A stretch of 64,000 bases of DNA from Octopus sinensis (GCF_006345805.1 NC_043019.1:20893360-20957359); one strand, 5' to 3'. Positions 39,256-52,215 are shown, counted from the first letter of the stretch. Made by a program: numbers and translations. Notes: generated from the letters alone by a model not told the origin.

Positions 39256-39857
39256 TATATACAATGGATTTCTTTCAGTTTCTGTCTACCAATCCACTCA
39301 CAAGGCTTTGGTTGGCCTGAGGCTATAGTAGAGGACACTTGCCCAAGGTGCCACACAGTGGGACTGAACCCAGAACCATGTGGTTCGTAAGCAAGCTACT
39401 TACCACACAGCCACTCCTATGCCTGTAAAGCTTACAGATTTTCTATTTGTTTGAAACCTGAGTCTCTACATTGGAAGTTCTTCTTTAGACAACTTCAGAT
39501 GGCTACTAATGATGCAATGCACTCTTAGTTGAATACTTGGGTAACTCCATATAGCTTCATTCGAGCTTCAAAAAGGAAGTGCAATTTTATTTGGGATAGC
39601 ATGAACATATATGTGTGTGTGTGTGTGTACAGACAACTATGTATATATAGTTCAAGGCATAATTTCTTATTTCCTTGTAATTTATTTAATTTCGTTTATA
39701 TATAAATATATATATATATTCATTTTATAGAAGGAGCTTCTACAGGACTAGAACTGTTTCTAGTCCTGTAAAAGCTCCTTCTATAAAATAAATTACTTTA
39801 CTCTGCTATGTGTTGAGTACCTTATTTACTGTGGTTAACCCCGACTCAACCCGGGAC

Positions 39858-39896
<39 letters not shown>

Positions 39897-40176
39897 TATA
39901 ATTATTTGAGGGAATATTATTCCTAACTTACAGGGAAAAATTCAATTTAGAAATACTAAATCAAATTTCACAAAATATTATATATATATATAAAAATTAG
40001 AAAAAAACCACCTTTTATCAATTCAAAATGAATAATTAAATTACACCATCTAGAAAATTACATATAATAGAAATATTAAAATTAAAATAACAATAATATA
40101 CCGATGATTAAGTAAATTGCAAAATAATAATAAAAACGTATATATTTGGTAGAATACCAAATAAAAGGTGGCTTTT

Positions 40177-40233
<57 letters not shown>

Positions 40234-40597
40234 CACACGCTGACATAGAACCAACGTTGAACCCTTTATTCGCAATATTACCAAATCTGGATCTTAACTA
40301 TGGTCTGTCTATAGCACTTATTCAGCATTACCTGATACCTTTGGGTCTCAATGAGACCATTATCTCTTATAACCTCAACTTCTCACTAATATAAGCACTT
40401 ACCCCAGGTAAAGCTTCAGTAATGGATAAACAGTTCCTTGGCATCTCTCTTAAGAACACACCTATTCCTTCACAAAAGACTTTCCTCTTACTCCTCCTCT
40501 CCAAAACTAAGGACCTCATCTATTTTCTTTCCTCCACCTCACTCTCGATTTTGTGTCACATCTAAACTAACTATGACTTAATTTTTCCTCTCACACC

Positions 40598-40649
40598 GTC
40601 TCCGATGAAAGGATATTATTAATAAATATCCTAGAAACAGCTGTAAGGC
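40598..40649 (+). ncRNA. Degenerate minimal hammerhead motif of a Penelope-type element
   Basis: GTCT-CCGATGA-A-AGGATATT..AATATCCT-A-GAAAC-AGCT-GTA-AGGC: stems I and II and a palindromic stem III are present; the core has U4C. Confidence 0.5.
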
Positions 40650-40775
40650 CTTCTGTCTATAAATGCCCTAATATCTATACAGCCTTGGTTGGAGATCTAT
40701 TAGGACAGGAAATGTAAAAGCCGGACTAGATTATTTTATGCGCAACTCCATTGTCTCCCGAGACAAAAAGGATGC

Positions 40776-40807
<32 letters not shown>

Positions 40808-40834
40808 TTTCTCTCCTTGTTTCTTTACTGTGTA

Positions 40835-40872
40835 TCTTTCTGTCGAAGAGCGTAGGCTCGAAACGTAAAAGA
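40835..40872 (+). ncRNA. Minimal hammerhead-like motif (CUGUCGA variant), second copy
   Basis: TCTTTCTGTCGAAGAGCGTAGGCTCGAAACGTAAAAGA; the element spans ~40808-40970, flanked by (TA)n. Confidence 0.55.
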
Positions 40873-41275
40873 CATTTTCTATTTCTATTCCTGAGCGCCA
40901 TACTAATACATTGTTTGTTTGTACTCCCCTTGCCTTCGTCTTTTGTTTATTTTCGTAAACCTTCCCGTTATATATATTATATATATATATATATATGTTG
41001 CATGTAAGAGCATATATACTTCTTTAATATATGTCACCAAAAAACAAACAAAATAAATGGTGTTGCTCAAAGTCCCTTGTGATATTTTTTCTGCAATAAG
41101 TTACAAACACTCCCTTATCAGTTCTCACCATTAGAAATATAGTGAACCAATGATTGCTTTTCATTGAAAAACCTGTATGTAATGACACTATAGTTTGCCA
41201 TTTGCAATATTTAGAATATTATTAGTAAATAAATATACTATGTAGAGCAATATATATATTGATATTAATACTCAC

Positions 41276-41387
41276 TTGCATAATTATCTCTCTGATAGTC
41301 TGGGTTGATATCAATAAACTCAGATGAGAAACCTCCAGATTTAGGCAAATCCAGTTGCATCTTGGTGAGGGAGTTTAGGAAATTATA
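41276..41387 (-). CDS. ITIH: ITIH-like exon (post-vWA, YNFLNSLTKM)
   Basis: TTTCCCTTCCAG|TAT AAT TTC ... TAT GCA A|GTGAGT; 112 nt, phase 0-1; corresponds to the ITIH YxFVTPLTSM motif. Not present in the ORF track. Confidence 0.85.
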
Positions 41388-41659
41388 CTGGAAGGGAAAT
41401 AGGAACATATACTTTTAATAAATGTACACACACACACAGAGTAATTATATGATCACTTAATGCGTTGTACATGATCACAATACTGGAAATCTTGGTGGAG
41501 AAAAACAAAACATTGCTTGAGTAAAAGAAATTGAAAAGTGAATTTTACCCAAATACTTGGAGGGAAGAGATTACAATCCTCTGAATCTGGTGGAAGGGAG
41601 TGACAGAGAGACAGACAGACAGAGAGAGGGAGTTCAAAAAAGATATTCTCAAACCAGGT

Positions 41660-41815
41660 GTGGCTGTGTGGTAAGTAGCTTGCTAACCAACCACATGGTG
41701 CCGAGTTCAGTCCCACTGCGTGGCATCTTGGGCAAGTGTCTTCTGCTATAGCCTCGGGCCTACCAAAGCCTTGTGAGTGGATTTGGTAGACGGAAACTGA
41801 AAGAAGCCCGTCGTA

Positions 41816-41885
<70 letters not shown>

Positions 41886-42276
41886 ATGTGTATATGTTTG
41901 TGTGTCTGTGTTTGTCCCTCTAGCATTGCTTGACTGTGTGGCACCTTGGGCAAGTGACTTCTACTATAGCCTCGGGCTGACCAAAGCCTTGTGAGTGGAT
42001 TTGGTAGACGGAAACTGAAAGAAGCCCGTCGTATACATGTATATATATATGTGTGCGTGTATGCTTGTGTGTCTGTGTTTGTTCCCCTAGCATTGCTTGA
42101 CAACCGATGCTGGTGTGTTTACGTCCCGGTCACTTAGCTGTTCGGCAAAAGAGACCGAAAGAATAAGTACTGGGCGTACAAAGAATAAGTCCCGGGGTCG
42201 ATTTGCTTGGACTAAAGGCTGTGCTCCAGCATGGCCGCAGTCAAATGACTGAAACAAGTAAAAGAGTAAAAGAGTA
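41660..42276 (+). mobile_element. SINE family A, chimeric or partially duplicated
   Basis: The head-to-TA segment occurs twice before the 3' half. Confidence 0.75.
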
Positions 42277-43002
42277 AACCAGAGACCTAAAGGCACTCGG
42301 GGTGCCAGGTGGTGGTGTTAAACCGGGAAGTAGATTGAGTCAACCCTCCACGAAGGTTATGGTAGGATTAAAACTCAAAACACAAAAGTGCTGGAACAAA
42401 TATCATGATGCACACTGTCTGATGCTCTACTGCATCTGTCAATCAACCGTCCTAGACTTGTATTTTAAGTTATTGACCCCCCCCCCCCACTGAAGCAGGG
42501 GTCAAGAATGAATATTCAGCCATCCATCTTTGATTTTGGCAATGATAACCCTTTCTGCTGGAGACTGTGTTGCAGGGTAGATGGTGCAGAGATATTTGTT
42601 CCTTGGGATTTGAACTCAGAATGGAAGGTAATAGAAAAAATTTCATAATGTATTTCATCCAATACTCTATCAACTCTGCCATTTCACAAACATATCAATT
42701 TCTAACTTTGGCACAGATTGAAGGAGAAGAATATAGCTGATTGAATTGAAGTCGTAATATTACTTGTACTTCTACACACCACCTTGAGGGATGAAAGGCA
42801 ACTTGAGTTTTCAAGGGGAAAGTAATAGGGGTGTTTGAAATAACACAAGGTATTTTTATTCCATACCATTTAAACCCTTGATTCCCAAACTAAAAAATAC
42901 ATATCCCTGGCAATCACTGAAATAAAATTGTGAAATTTTTTGTTTCTTACTTTATGAAAAGTCAAAATACAAATCTGTGCTAATTCTTCTTTCTTCATAC
43001 TC

Positions 43003-43365
43003 TTTACTCTTTACTCTTTTACTTGTTTCAGTCATTTGACTGCGGCCATGCTGGAGCACCGACCCCGGGACTTATTCTTTTGTAAGCCCAGTACTTATTA
43101 TATCGGTCTCTTTTGCCGAACTGCTAGGTAATGGGGACATAAACACAAGCAATGCTAGTGGGACAAACACAGACACACACATACATACATATACATATAT
43201 ACGACAGGCTTCTTTCAGTTTCCGTCTACCAAATCCACTCACAAGGCATTGGTCGGCCCGGGGATATAGCAGAAGACACTTGCTCAAGATGCCACACAGT
43301 GGGACTGAACCTGGAACCATGTGGTTGGTTAGCAAGCTACTTACCACACAGCCACTCCTGCGCCT
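43003..43365 (-). mobile_element. SINE family A copy
   Basis: Reverse complement of family A with small internal deletions. Confidence 0.8.
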
Positions 43366-44076
43366 ATGATAGTTTTGGATAAATTTAAAATGTTTAAAGT
43401 TTAAAATCATCTTAATTTTATCAGCAGAAAAGAATTGTGAAAACTTTTGGCAAACCCCGCCCCTTTATTTGAATGAAGGTATGTGACCTGGTGGTTAGGA
43501 TATTGTACCCATGATCACAAGATCATAGTTTTGATTCATGAAATGAGTGGTTTTTGAGCAAAACATTTCATTTCATGTTGCTCTAGTCCACCCAGTCGTT
43601 AATGAGTAACCCTGTGTTTGTTCAGTGGGGATGAGTGATCTCGGTCTTTTATACATCACAGAAACCAAGTGGCCGTCCCTATGAGTCTTTGGACTCCAGA
43701 CAGTAATGTTCAGGGGACTTACTACATACTCCTTTATTTGGTACCTGCCAGCCTCTTTACTGATTTCAAATTTTGGCACAAGGCCAGCAAGTTTGAAGGA
43801 GTGAAGTTAAGTCAATTACATCCACCCCAGTACTCAACGGGTACTTATTTTATTGAACCCCAAATAGATGAAAGGTAAAGTCGACCTTGGCTGAATTTGA
43901 ACTCAGAATCTAAAGATGGCTGAAATGATGCTAAGCATTTTACCTGGCATGCAAACGATTTTGCCAGCTCACCACTTTCACCTTCTTTATTAAAGTTTTG
44001 GTTCATGAAATGAGTGGTTTTTGATCATAGGTTTGTGCAATTAGGGTTGATCAAGGGCTGAACAACAACAAAACAA

Positions 44077-44077
<1 letters not shown>

Positions 44078-44126
<49 letters not shown>

Positions 44127-44199
44127 TACCACCACCACCACCACTACTACTACTACCACCACCACCACCACCACCACCACCACCACCACCACCACCACG

Positions 44200-44237
<38 letters not shown>

Positions 44238-44328
44238 ACCACCACCACCACCACCACCACCACCACCCACCACCACCACCACCACCACCACCGCCGCCGC
44301 CGCCGCCGCCGCCACCACCACCACCACC

Positions 44329-44367
<39 letters not shown>
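44078..44367. repeat. Compound triplet array (CTA)/(CCA)/(CCG)
   Basis: Direct reading; preceded by a 58-bp segment shared with 47923-47980. Confidence 0.95.
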
Positions 44368-44368
<1 letters not shown>

Positions 44369-44591
44369 TAATTCTGCATCCACTTTAATTCTTTCCCACT
44401 TCATCATGGAGTTGGACAAGTTTTTAAATGTTTAAAGTTTCAAACCAGCTTAATTTTCTTAAACCAAGTTAATTTGTTTGCCCTATTTTGGGTCTCACTA
44501 ACATCCCATCCCCTGACGACTGTGTTTTGCCTTGAATGAGAAAAGTTGATTATAGGAATCAAGAATATAAAATAGTTTTTATGAAACCCAC

Positions 44592-45292
44592 CTTGAGGGA
44601 CAGCGCTCTCAACTGCTTGTAATTTTCACGGAAGTTTCTCTCATATTTTCTCATGTAAAGATTTCTCATCATGCTTTTAACAGTCATGAATGCCCACATT
44701 CTTTCTATCATCATTTCATATGCTGACTTTGTCATGAATTCAGGTTCATCCTTTTGCACTTTTACTTTGCCAAGATCTTTCACCGTTATAGACTGACCAT
44801 TCCTTAACTCATTCACTTTGATGTTAATGTCACCACGATAACCGCTTCTCAACTTGCCTATGACACCCATCTCAGAACCGGAGTAATAATTTCCATCACC
44901 AACCATCGTTATTGTTTTCTTGTCAACATAGCTAGAATCATAGTCAAAATTAATACCCAACAAGAGAATTTTCGCAATTTGCTGGAAAAACATGTACATT
45001 TGAGAATCTGCATCTTTGGCATCATAAATTCTACAGGCAATTCCTTTATGCTCAAAACTGATTCGTTTCATAAGGGCAAAATCGGCATCAGCTCCAAAAC
45101 CAATAGCAAATACAATGACATTGTACATGTTAGATGACTGAAAGTTTTTCAAGATTCGTTCTCTGTCAGTTTCACCTGCTGTAGCCTGACCATCAGTCAG
45201 GAAAATCAACATTCTTGCACGTGCTTCATCGCTTTGTGGAAGGTCCTTAAAAGACTCGAATCCCTTCATTATGGCCTCATTGATGTTTGTAC
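44592..45292 (-). CDS. ITIH: ITIH-like exon, vWA domain second half and following domain
   Basis: TTTTCCATTGTAG|GT ACA AAC ... CTC AAG|GTGGGT; GTNINEAI..LIFLTDG..FAIGFGADADF..IERMWAFMTVK..ALSLK; 701 nt, phase 1-0. Confidence 0.95.
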
Positions 45293-45331
45293 CTACAATG
45301 GAAAATAAGGAATGATTGAATGGAAGTAACT

Positions 45332-45566
45332 TTAAGGCGGCGAGCTGGCAGAAACGTTAGCACGCCGGGCGAAATGCTTAGCGGTATTGCGTCTGTCGTT
45401 GAGTTCTGAGTTCAAATTCTGCCGAGGTTGACTTTGCCTTTCATCCTTTCGGGGTCGATAAATTAAGTACCAGTTACACACTGGGGTCGATGTAATCGAC
45501 TTAATCCGTTTGTCTGTCCTTGTTTGTCCCCTCTATGTTTAGCCCCTTGTGGGCAATAAAGAAACA
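45332..45566 (+). mobile_element. SINE family B with ~18-bp TSD
   Basis: GATTGAATGGAAGTAACT (45314-45331) and GATTGAATGGAAATAACT (45567-45584); further copies at ~51385-51553, 56870-57097 and 60577-60885. Confidence 0.85.
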
Positions 45567-45748
45567 GATTGAATGGAAATAACTACCAGGAATGAACTAC
45601 AACTTGCAGACGTAGCATAGCTGAGTGATTAAGATATTCAGTTTGGCCAGATTAGCAGAAGGCATGTAATAATTTTGGCACAAGACCAGCAATCTCAAGG
45701 GAGGGGTTAAATTGATTCCAATGACCCCCCAATGTTAAACTAATACTT

Positions 45749-46143
45749 GGATGGATGGAAGCACTCCGTCGGTTACGATGATAAGGGTTCCGGTTGATCC
45801 GAATCAACGGAACAGCCTGCTCGTGAAATTAACGTGTAAGTGGCTGAGCACTCCACAGACACGTGCACCCTTAACGTAGTTCTCGGGGATATTCAGCGTG
45901 ACACAGAGAGTGACAAGGCCGGCCCTTTGAAATACAGGTACAACAGAAACAGGAAGTAAGAGTGAGAGAAAGTTGTGGTGAAAGAGTACAGCAGGGATCA
46001 CCACCATCCCTTGCTGGAGCCTCGTGGAGCTTTTTTAGGTGTTTTCGCTCAATAAACACTCACAACGCCCGGTCTGGGAATCGAAACCGCGATCCTATGA
46101 CCGCGAATCCGCTGCCCTAACCACTGGGCCATTGCGTCTCCAC
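45749..46143 (-). mobile_element. tRNA-derived SINE (Arg-like head), full length
   Basis: A box TGGCCCAGTGG, B box GTTTCGATTCC, (TCCA)n tail, AAACTAATACTT on both flanks. Confidence 0.85.
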
Positions 46144-46988
46144 TAAAACTAATACTTATATCAATGTTGAAAGGATGAAAAGTAAAGTCAGCCTTGGTGG
46201 AATTCAAACCCAGAATGTAAAGAGCTCGAAGAAATGCTACTAAACATTTTGCTTAACTCACTAACGATTCTACCAGCTCACTGCTTTTTTGAAGACAATA
46301 ATAATAATGCAGGGTAAATTCCTTGTAGACAACTGTCATGTTGTTTAATAACATTTTTACAACAAAACTTTCATGATACAGGTTTGTTTGGTCTCTAAAC
46401 ATGTTATAAAGTTAGAGACATTATTCCAAATCTTCAACTATGATAGTATGATAGTGCAAATATTTGAGACAAAATCTAATATCACTAGTTAGCCTCCAAA
46501 CCACTAGGCCTCCACATAACCCTTGTCTTGAAAAGTAACTGTGAATGGCATATATTTATCTTTTTGCCTTTTCATGCTATGGCATTATATTCTCTGCAGC
46601 AAAGGTACCTTATCTATTGCTTTGCACTTCCCAGAGAGGATTCTTTAATGGATTTGTATATGGTATTAGATTCAGTTTTAAATGTTTGCAACTTTATATT
46701 ATTTTAATAAGATGGAAGCAGAGTGTTTAGGCCTTCCTTGTATGTAATTAGTGAATAAACAAATGTCTGTAGTGAAGGCTTGACAATAAATAAGTTAATA
46801 ATAATGGTTAAGAGAGATTTAAGTGTTTCTCGCATGATTATTTTTGGATTAAAAGAGGTGCTGGATCATCAGTTGCTAGAAAACCAGAACTGTATAGCAA
46901 GCAGTGTCAAAAGTATTTTCAACATTGCTTATCATGTGGTAAATATGTAATGACTAAGGGAGATAAATCCAAGGAGATGTAAGAAAAT

Positions 46989-47404
46989 GGATCTTTTCGG
47001 TTTGAACGGCAGTTTTTAACATAATTTCTAGGTGACTAAAAAATTTTAAACTTCGTATACTGGTAGAATGTATTTATAAAACATCTTTTTCTCTTGGCTT
47101 TATTGAGAAAATTCTATAGTTTCTAAGATATTTGTTGTTTTTTTTCTTCAGTTTCTGCAATTTCAACCAATCAGTGACGTCTATTGAGTTAAAAAGCATT
47201 CTGTGCCGTATGAATATGTCCCTCGTTTAAGAAATAGATTAGGTTTATTTACATTTGTGAAGAATAAAAGATACCCTTCCCCCACCCCTAACCCTAACCC
47301 TAAAAGAGATTGAAATGCAATAGATCGATTCTAGGATCGTAATTATGGGTGACAATTTCATATGACACCGCTAGTAAAAACTGCCGTTCAAACCGAAAAG
47401 ATCC
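46989..47404. mobile_element. Second copy of the GG-TIR MITE, opposite orientation
   Basis: Same TIRs as 157-576; flanks AAGAAAAT / GAGAAAAT (8-bp TSD, one mismatch). Confidence 0.8.
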
Positions 47405-47504
47405 GAGAAAATCTCCCTCTGTTGGGGCAGACAAACAGAGAAAGATACTGACACTCTGCCAATTCTCAAATTTGATATTTTTTAATTGTATAAAATTGTC
47501 ATAC

Positions 47505-47793
47505 CTCCTTTGGCTATGAATTCCGTTTCTACATAATTTTTGGCTTCTTTGATGCTTTCTGGAGTTACTTCAACAAAGCCTTCTTTTCGGGGACTTATAA
47601 AGTTATTGAATTGAATGAAGTGAATTCTGTCCTTCTCTGAGAGTGTATCCAGGATTTTGAACAATGATAGCTTCATCTGTGCCAATTTAGAATCTGCCAT
47701 GGAACCACTGTCATCCAAAACAAACACTATATCTCTGGGCAGAGTTCCATAGTGACTAGGAGCGAAGAAATGCAGGAAATATCCATTGAAGAT
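47505..47793 (-). CDS. ITIH: ITIH-like exon, vWA first half (MIDAS DxSxS)
   Basis: TTTCTGCAG|ATC TTC AAT GGA ... GGA G|GTATGA; IFNGYFLHFFAP..DIVFVLDDSGSM; 289 nt, phase 0-1. Confidence 0.95.
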
Positions 47794-47979
47794 CTGCAGA
47801 AACGGAAGAAAAACATAATAACAACACAGCATATTCATTAATGGAAGAGAGATATGTATGACTTACATTGGACAATGTAGTTTCAGATACAAAAAAGATG
47901 AGTTTGTCATGATGAGAACGTCTTTGATCATAGGTTTGTGCAATTAGGGTTGATTAAGGGCTGAACAACAACAAAACAA

Positions 47980-47980
<1 letters not shown>

Positions 47981-48032
<52 letters not shown>

Positions 48033-48054
48033 CATCACCACCACCACCACCACC

Positions 48055-48092
<38 letters not shown>

Positions 48093-48141
48093 CACTACTA
48101 CTACCAGTACTACTACCAGTACTACTACTACCACTACTACT

Positions 48142-48177
<36 letters not shown>

Positions 48178-48353
48178 GCCGTCGCCGCCACCACCACCAC
48201 CACCACCACCACCACCACCACTACTACTACTACTGCCGCCGTCGCCACCACCACACCACCACCACCACCACCACCACACTACTACTACTACTACTACTAC
48301 TACTGCCGCCGTCGCCACCACCACCACCACCACCACCACCACTACTACTACTA
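47981..48353. repeat. Compound triplet array (CTA)/(CCA)/(CCG)
   Basis: Direct reading. Confidence 0.95.
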
Positions 48354-48512
48354 TGGAAAACCTAAGATTCAAATAATAAATCTTTTCTATCTTTGAAAAA
48401 ATAATACAAACAAAACAATGAATGAATATATTAGCTAAGTGGTTGAGAAGTTCACTTAACAACCACAATGTCCTGGATTTGATCCCAATACATAACATCT
48501 TGGACAAGTATC

Positions 48513-48547
<35 letters not shown>

Positions 48548-49859
48548 TTAATGTACATGTTCATTGACACCGCTGAGCAAAAAAGCAGTAGTGTCGTTTA
48601 CATCCTTCAGTAAAAATTCATCATCATCATCAGCATCATCATAATTATTATAATCATCATTAAATGTCCATGTTCCATGCAGACATGGGTTGGACAGTTT
48701 GACAGGATCCAATGGGTCCAAGGACTGCATCATACACCAGAGTCTACTTTAGTGTGGTTTCTACAGATGGGTGCCCTTCCTAATGCCAACCACCAGCGCT
48801 AGTGAGGTTGTCAAGCAGCTTGTAGGAGTATGAACCCTGGGGGAGAGAGAGGCTTTATACTTGAGATTGAAAGTATGAAAGAAAGTGGGGAGGGCAGGAT
48901 GTCGTAAAGGAGCTACATATCTGCTCACTTAGAAGAGGGGGAAAGAGTGATCACTAGGAGCTGCAGAGAAGTAAAAAGTGGAGAAAAGTTGTCCAGGTTG
49001 CCCCTCAATGCATGAGGTGAATAAAAGTTAGGCAAATGTCATCATCACCATCATCATCATTTAGCGTCCGCTTTCCATGCTAGCATGGATTGGACGGTTC
49101 AACTGGGGTCTGGGAAGCCAGAAGGCTGCTCCAGGTTCCAGTCTGATCTGGCAATGTTTCTACAGCTGGATGCCCTTCCTAACGCCAACCACTCCATGAG
49201 TGTAGTGGGTGCTTTTTACCTTCCACCGGCACAGGTGCCAGACGGGGCTGGCAAAAGGCCAAGGTCGGATGGTGCTTTTTACGTGCCACCGGCATGGGGG
49301 CCAGGCGAGGCTGGCAACGGCCACGATCGGATGGAGCTTTTTACGTGCCATCGGCATGGGGGCCAGGCGAGGCTGGCAACGGCCACGGTCGGATGGTGCT
49401 TTTTACGTGCCACTGGCACGGAGGCCTGTCGGGGGCGGCACTGGCAACGGCCACGTTCGGATGGGTTTACAAAATTGTAAGGAGAGCTCATGATGGGGGA
49501 GGGGCAGGCAGACAGGAAGGAGAGCAGCAGGATAGTAAAATGATGCAATTGACTGGGAGAGGGCAAGAGAGAGAGAGAGAGAAAGGGAGGAAGGGAGGGG
49601 CAAGAAAGAGGGGAGGGAGAGGGAGGGAGAAAGAGAGAGATGACATGTCGAGTAAGCTGTAGGAGAAGGGACAGGAGCCAGGCATAGCGTATGATGAGGG
49701 GTAATTTGGTGCGTGAAGGTGTGTGAATTATTGTAATATGGGGGTGGAGAGAACAATATTAATGAGTGAAGAATGGCTAATAAGTGGATCGGTACCAGTA
49801 GTAGGAAAAAGAAAGTGGTATCAGAGGAGAGCTGTGGAGAGAGATTTATTTGAACTTAC

Positions 49860-50023
49860 CATCAAGTCTCCAGCATCTTCTCCTCGTTCAGTATCATAGT
49901 TGAGAGTTAAAAGGCCTTTCAAACCATCTTGCGACTCCTTCATTTGTTCTTGACGAGAAGCCTGCATTCTGATAATGGCTGTTTTCTCACTAGGTCTCTC
50001 GATGGTCACCATATCATTTTGGA
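49860..50023 (-). CDS. ITIH: ITIH-like exon between VIT and vWA
   Basis: TCTCTATGTTGCAG|TC CAA AAT ... TTG ATG|GTAAGT; LKGLLTLNYDTERGEDAGDLM; 164 nt, phase 1-0. Confidence 0.9.
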
Positions 50024-51655
50024 CTGCAACATAGAGAAATTGTAGTGAACTCTTTTCATCATCCTAATTTCTATAGAAATACACTACTTCTGCTTCAATT
50101 AATTCTCAAAAGAATGAAGAATTTTGGAAAAAAACCTCTGTCATTATTAAGTTGGCGTTTGGAATATAATTCAGCACGAAATTTTGATGGAACATTTTAA
50201 TTTAGATCACTTTAAAACAAGAATTTCAATGAAGGAACCTTGGATCTAGGTTAGAAACCAGTTCTTTCTCTATTGGCAAGAAATCTTGAAATAAACTGAA
50301 TAATGACATACATATGCATACATAGACATATGTACACATGCATAACAAAATTTGGTGCCCACTCTTGGTTACATAAAAAGAAAAATGCCTATGAGGTAAT
50401 ACTGAAAATGTCAGCTTCTCACAGAAAGAAATATAGAAATAATTCTTGAAAATTGTTGGCACTTAATTTGTACAAGAATGACAATATGTAACATTCTCCA
50501 ACTTTCTGAATCTGTCATAGAAATTCTTCAGTGGATTTAAACTTTAAAAGCCTGAAATAACGTCTCTCAGTATATCAGTGTGAATGTATGTTGTTGCTAT
50601 TTTAACCCCTGGTGATTCATAATTGAGGAAACATTACATCAATCAGGATCAAAATCAAAATCGATCAACATCAATGGAAATTGTAGCTGTGATACCAGTG
50701 CCAGTGGCACGTAAGCGAACCATCTGAACATGGCCGTTGCCAGCACCGCCCTGACGGGCCTCTGTGCCGGTGGCACATAAAAAGCACCATCCGATCATGG
50801 CTGTTGTCAGCCTCACCTGGCCTCCGTGCCGGTGGCACGTAAAAAGCACCATCCGATCGTGGCTGTTGCCAGTCTCGCCTGGCCTCCGTGCCGGTGGCAC
50901 GTAAAAAGCACCATCCGATCGTGGCCGTTGTCAGCCTCGCCTGGCACCTGTGCCGGTGGCACATAAAAAGCACTCACTACACTCATGGAGTGGTTGGCAT
51001 GAGGAAGAGCATCCAGCCGTAGAAACATTGCCAGATCAGACTGGGCCTGGTGCAGCCTTCTGGCTTCCCAGACCCCAGTTGAACCGTCCAACCCATGCTA
51101 GCATGGAAAGCGGATGCTAAATGATGATGATGATGATATATTAGCAAGAGAGGCAGATTTAATCCTGTGAGGTAATATTTATTCCCACTTAATGCGGATG
51201 TTCTATTAGAACAAAAGAACAAACTTTACTGTGCTAGATGCCATGAGAGAAACTCTCATATGGGGCTTTCAATGCAAAATGCAAACTTGTTATATCACTG
51301 GTGAGGATGTAAATTCTCATGATCTCCAGTACTGGGACCACCAGATTATGTGATTTTGATCTTTCTTGGTTTTATCAATGATAGGCAGCGAGCTGACAGA
51401 AACGTTAGCACCTTGGGCGAAATGCGTAGCCATATTTCGTCTGCTGATAAATTAAGTATCAGTTACGCACTGGGGTCAATGTAATCGACTTAATCCATGT
51501 GTCTGTCCTAGTTTGTCCCCTCTGTGTTTAGCCCCTTGTGGGTAGTAAAGAAATGAATACATGTAGTACACAGAAGGTTATGCTGGAATAATGATGTGCA
51601 CACAGAAATGGTGATGAAATGTACACAGAAAGTAATAATGGAATAATGTGTACAG

Positions 51656-51820
51656 GGCGCAGGAGTGGCTGTGTGGTAAGTAGCTTGCTAACCAACGACA
51701 TGGTTCCGGGTTCAGTCCCACTGCGTGACATCTTGGGCAAGTGTCTTCTGCTATAGCCCCGGGCCGACCAATGCCTTGTGAGTAGATTTGGTAGACGGAA
51801 ACTGAAAGAAGCCTGTCGTA

Positions 51821-51880
<60 letters not shown>

Positions 51881-52087
51881 GATTTGTGTGTCTGTGTTTG
51901 TCCCCCTAGCATTGCTTGACAACCGATGCTGGTGTGTTTACGCCCCCGTCACTTAGCGGTTCGGCAAAAGAGACCGATAGAATAAGTGCTGGGCTTACAA
52001 AAGAATAAGTCCCGGGGTCGATTTGCTCGACTAAAGGCGGTGCTCCAGCATGGCCGCAGTCAAATGACTGAAACAAGTAAAAGAGTA
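51656..52087 (+). mobile_element. SINE family A copy
   Basis: Near-identical to 2958-3348. Further copies at ~28137-28526, 53470-53867 and 63062-63650 (internally duplicated). Confidence 0.85.
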
Positions 52088-52215
52088 AAGAGAGAGAAAG
52101 AGAGAGAAAGCAGTGATGTAATAATGTTCAGATGAAATAGATACACAAAAGTGTGGTGAAATAAATGAGTTCTATATCGACAAAAGTACGGTATAATATA
52201 ATGGTGTATACGTAC

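Noticed and set aside
41129-41172. 44-nt AG..GT segment downstream of exon 41276
   Set aside because: Phase 1-0 would break the frame with the next exons, and the acceptor is weak.
44025-44339. Poly-Val and poly-Ser/Gly ORFs (also 47928-48507)
   Set aside because: They are translations of the triplet arrays.
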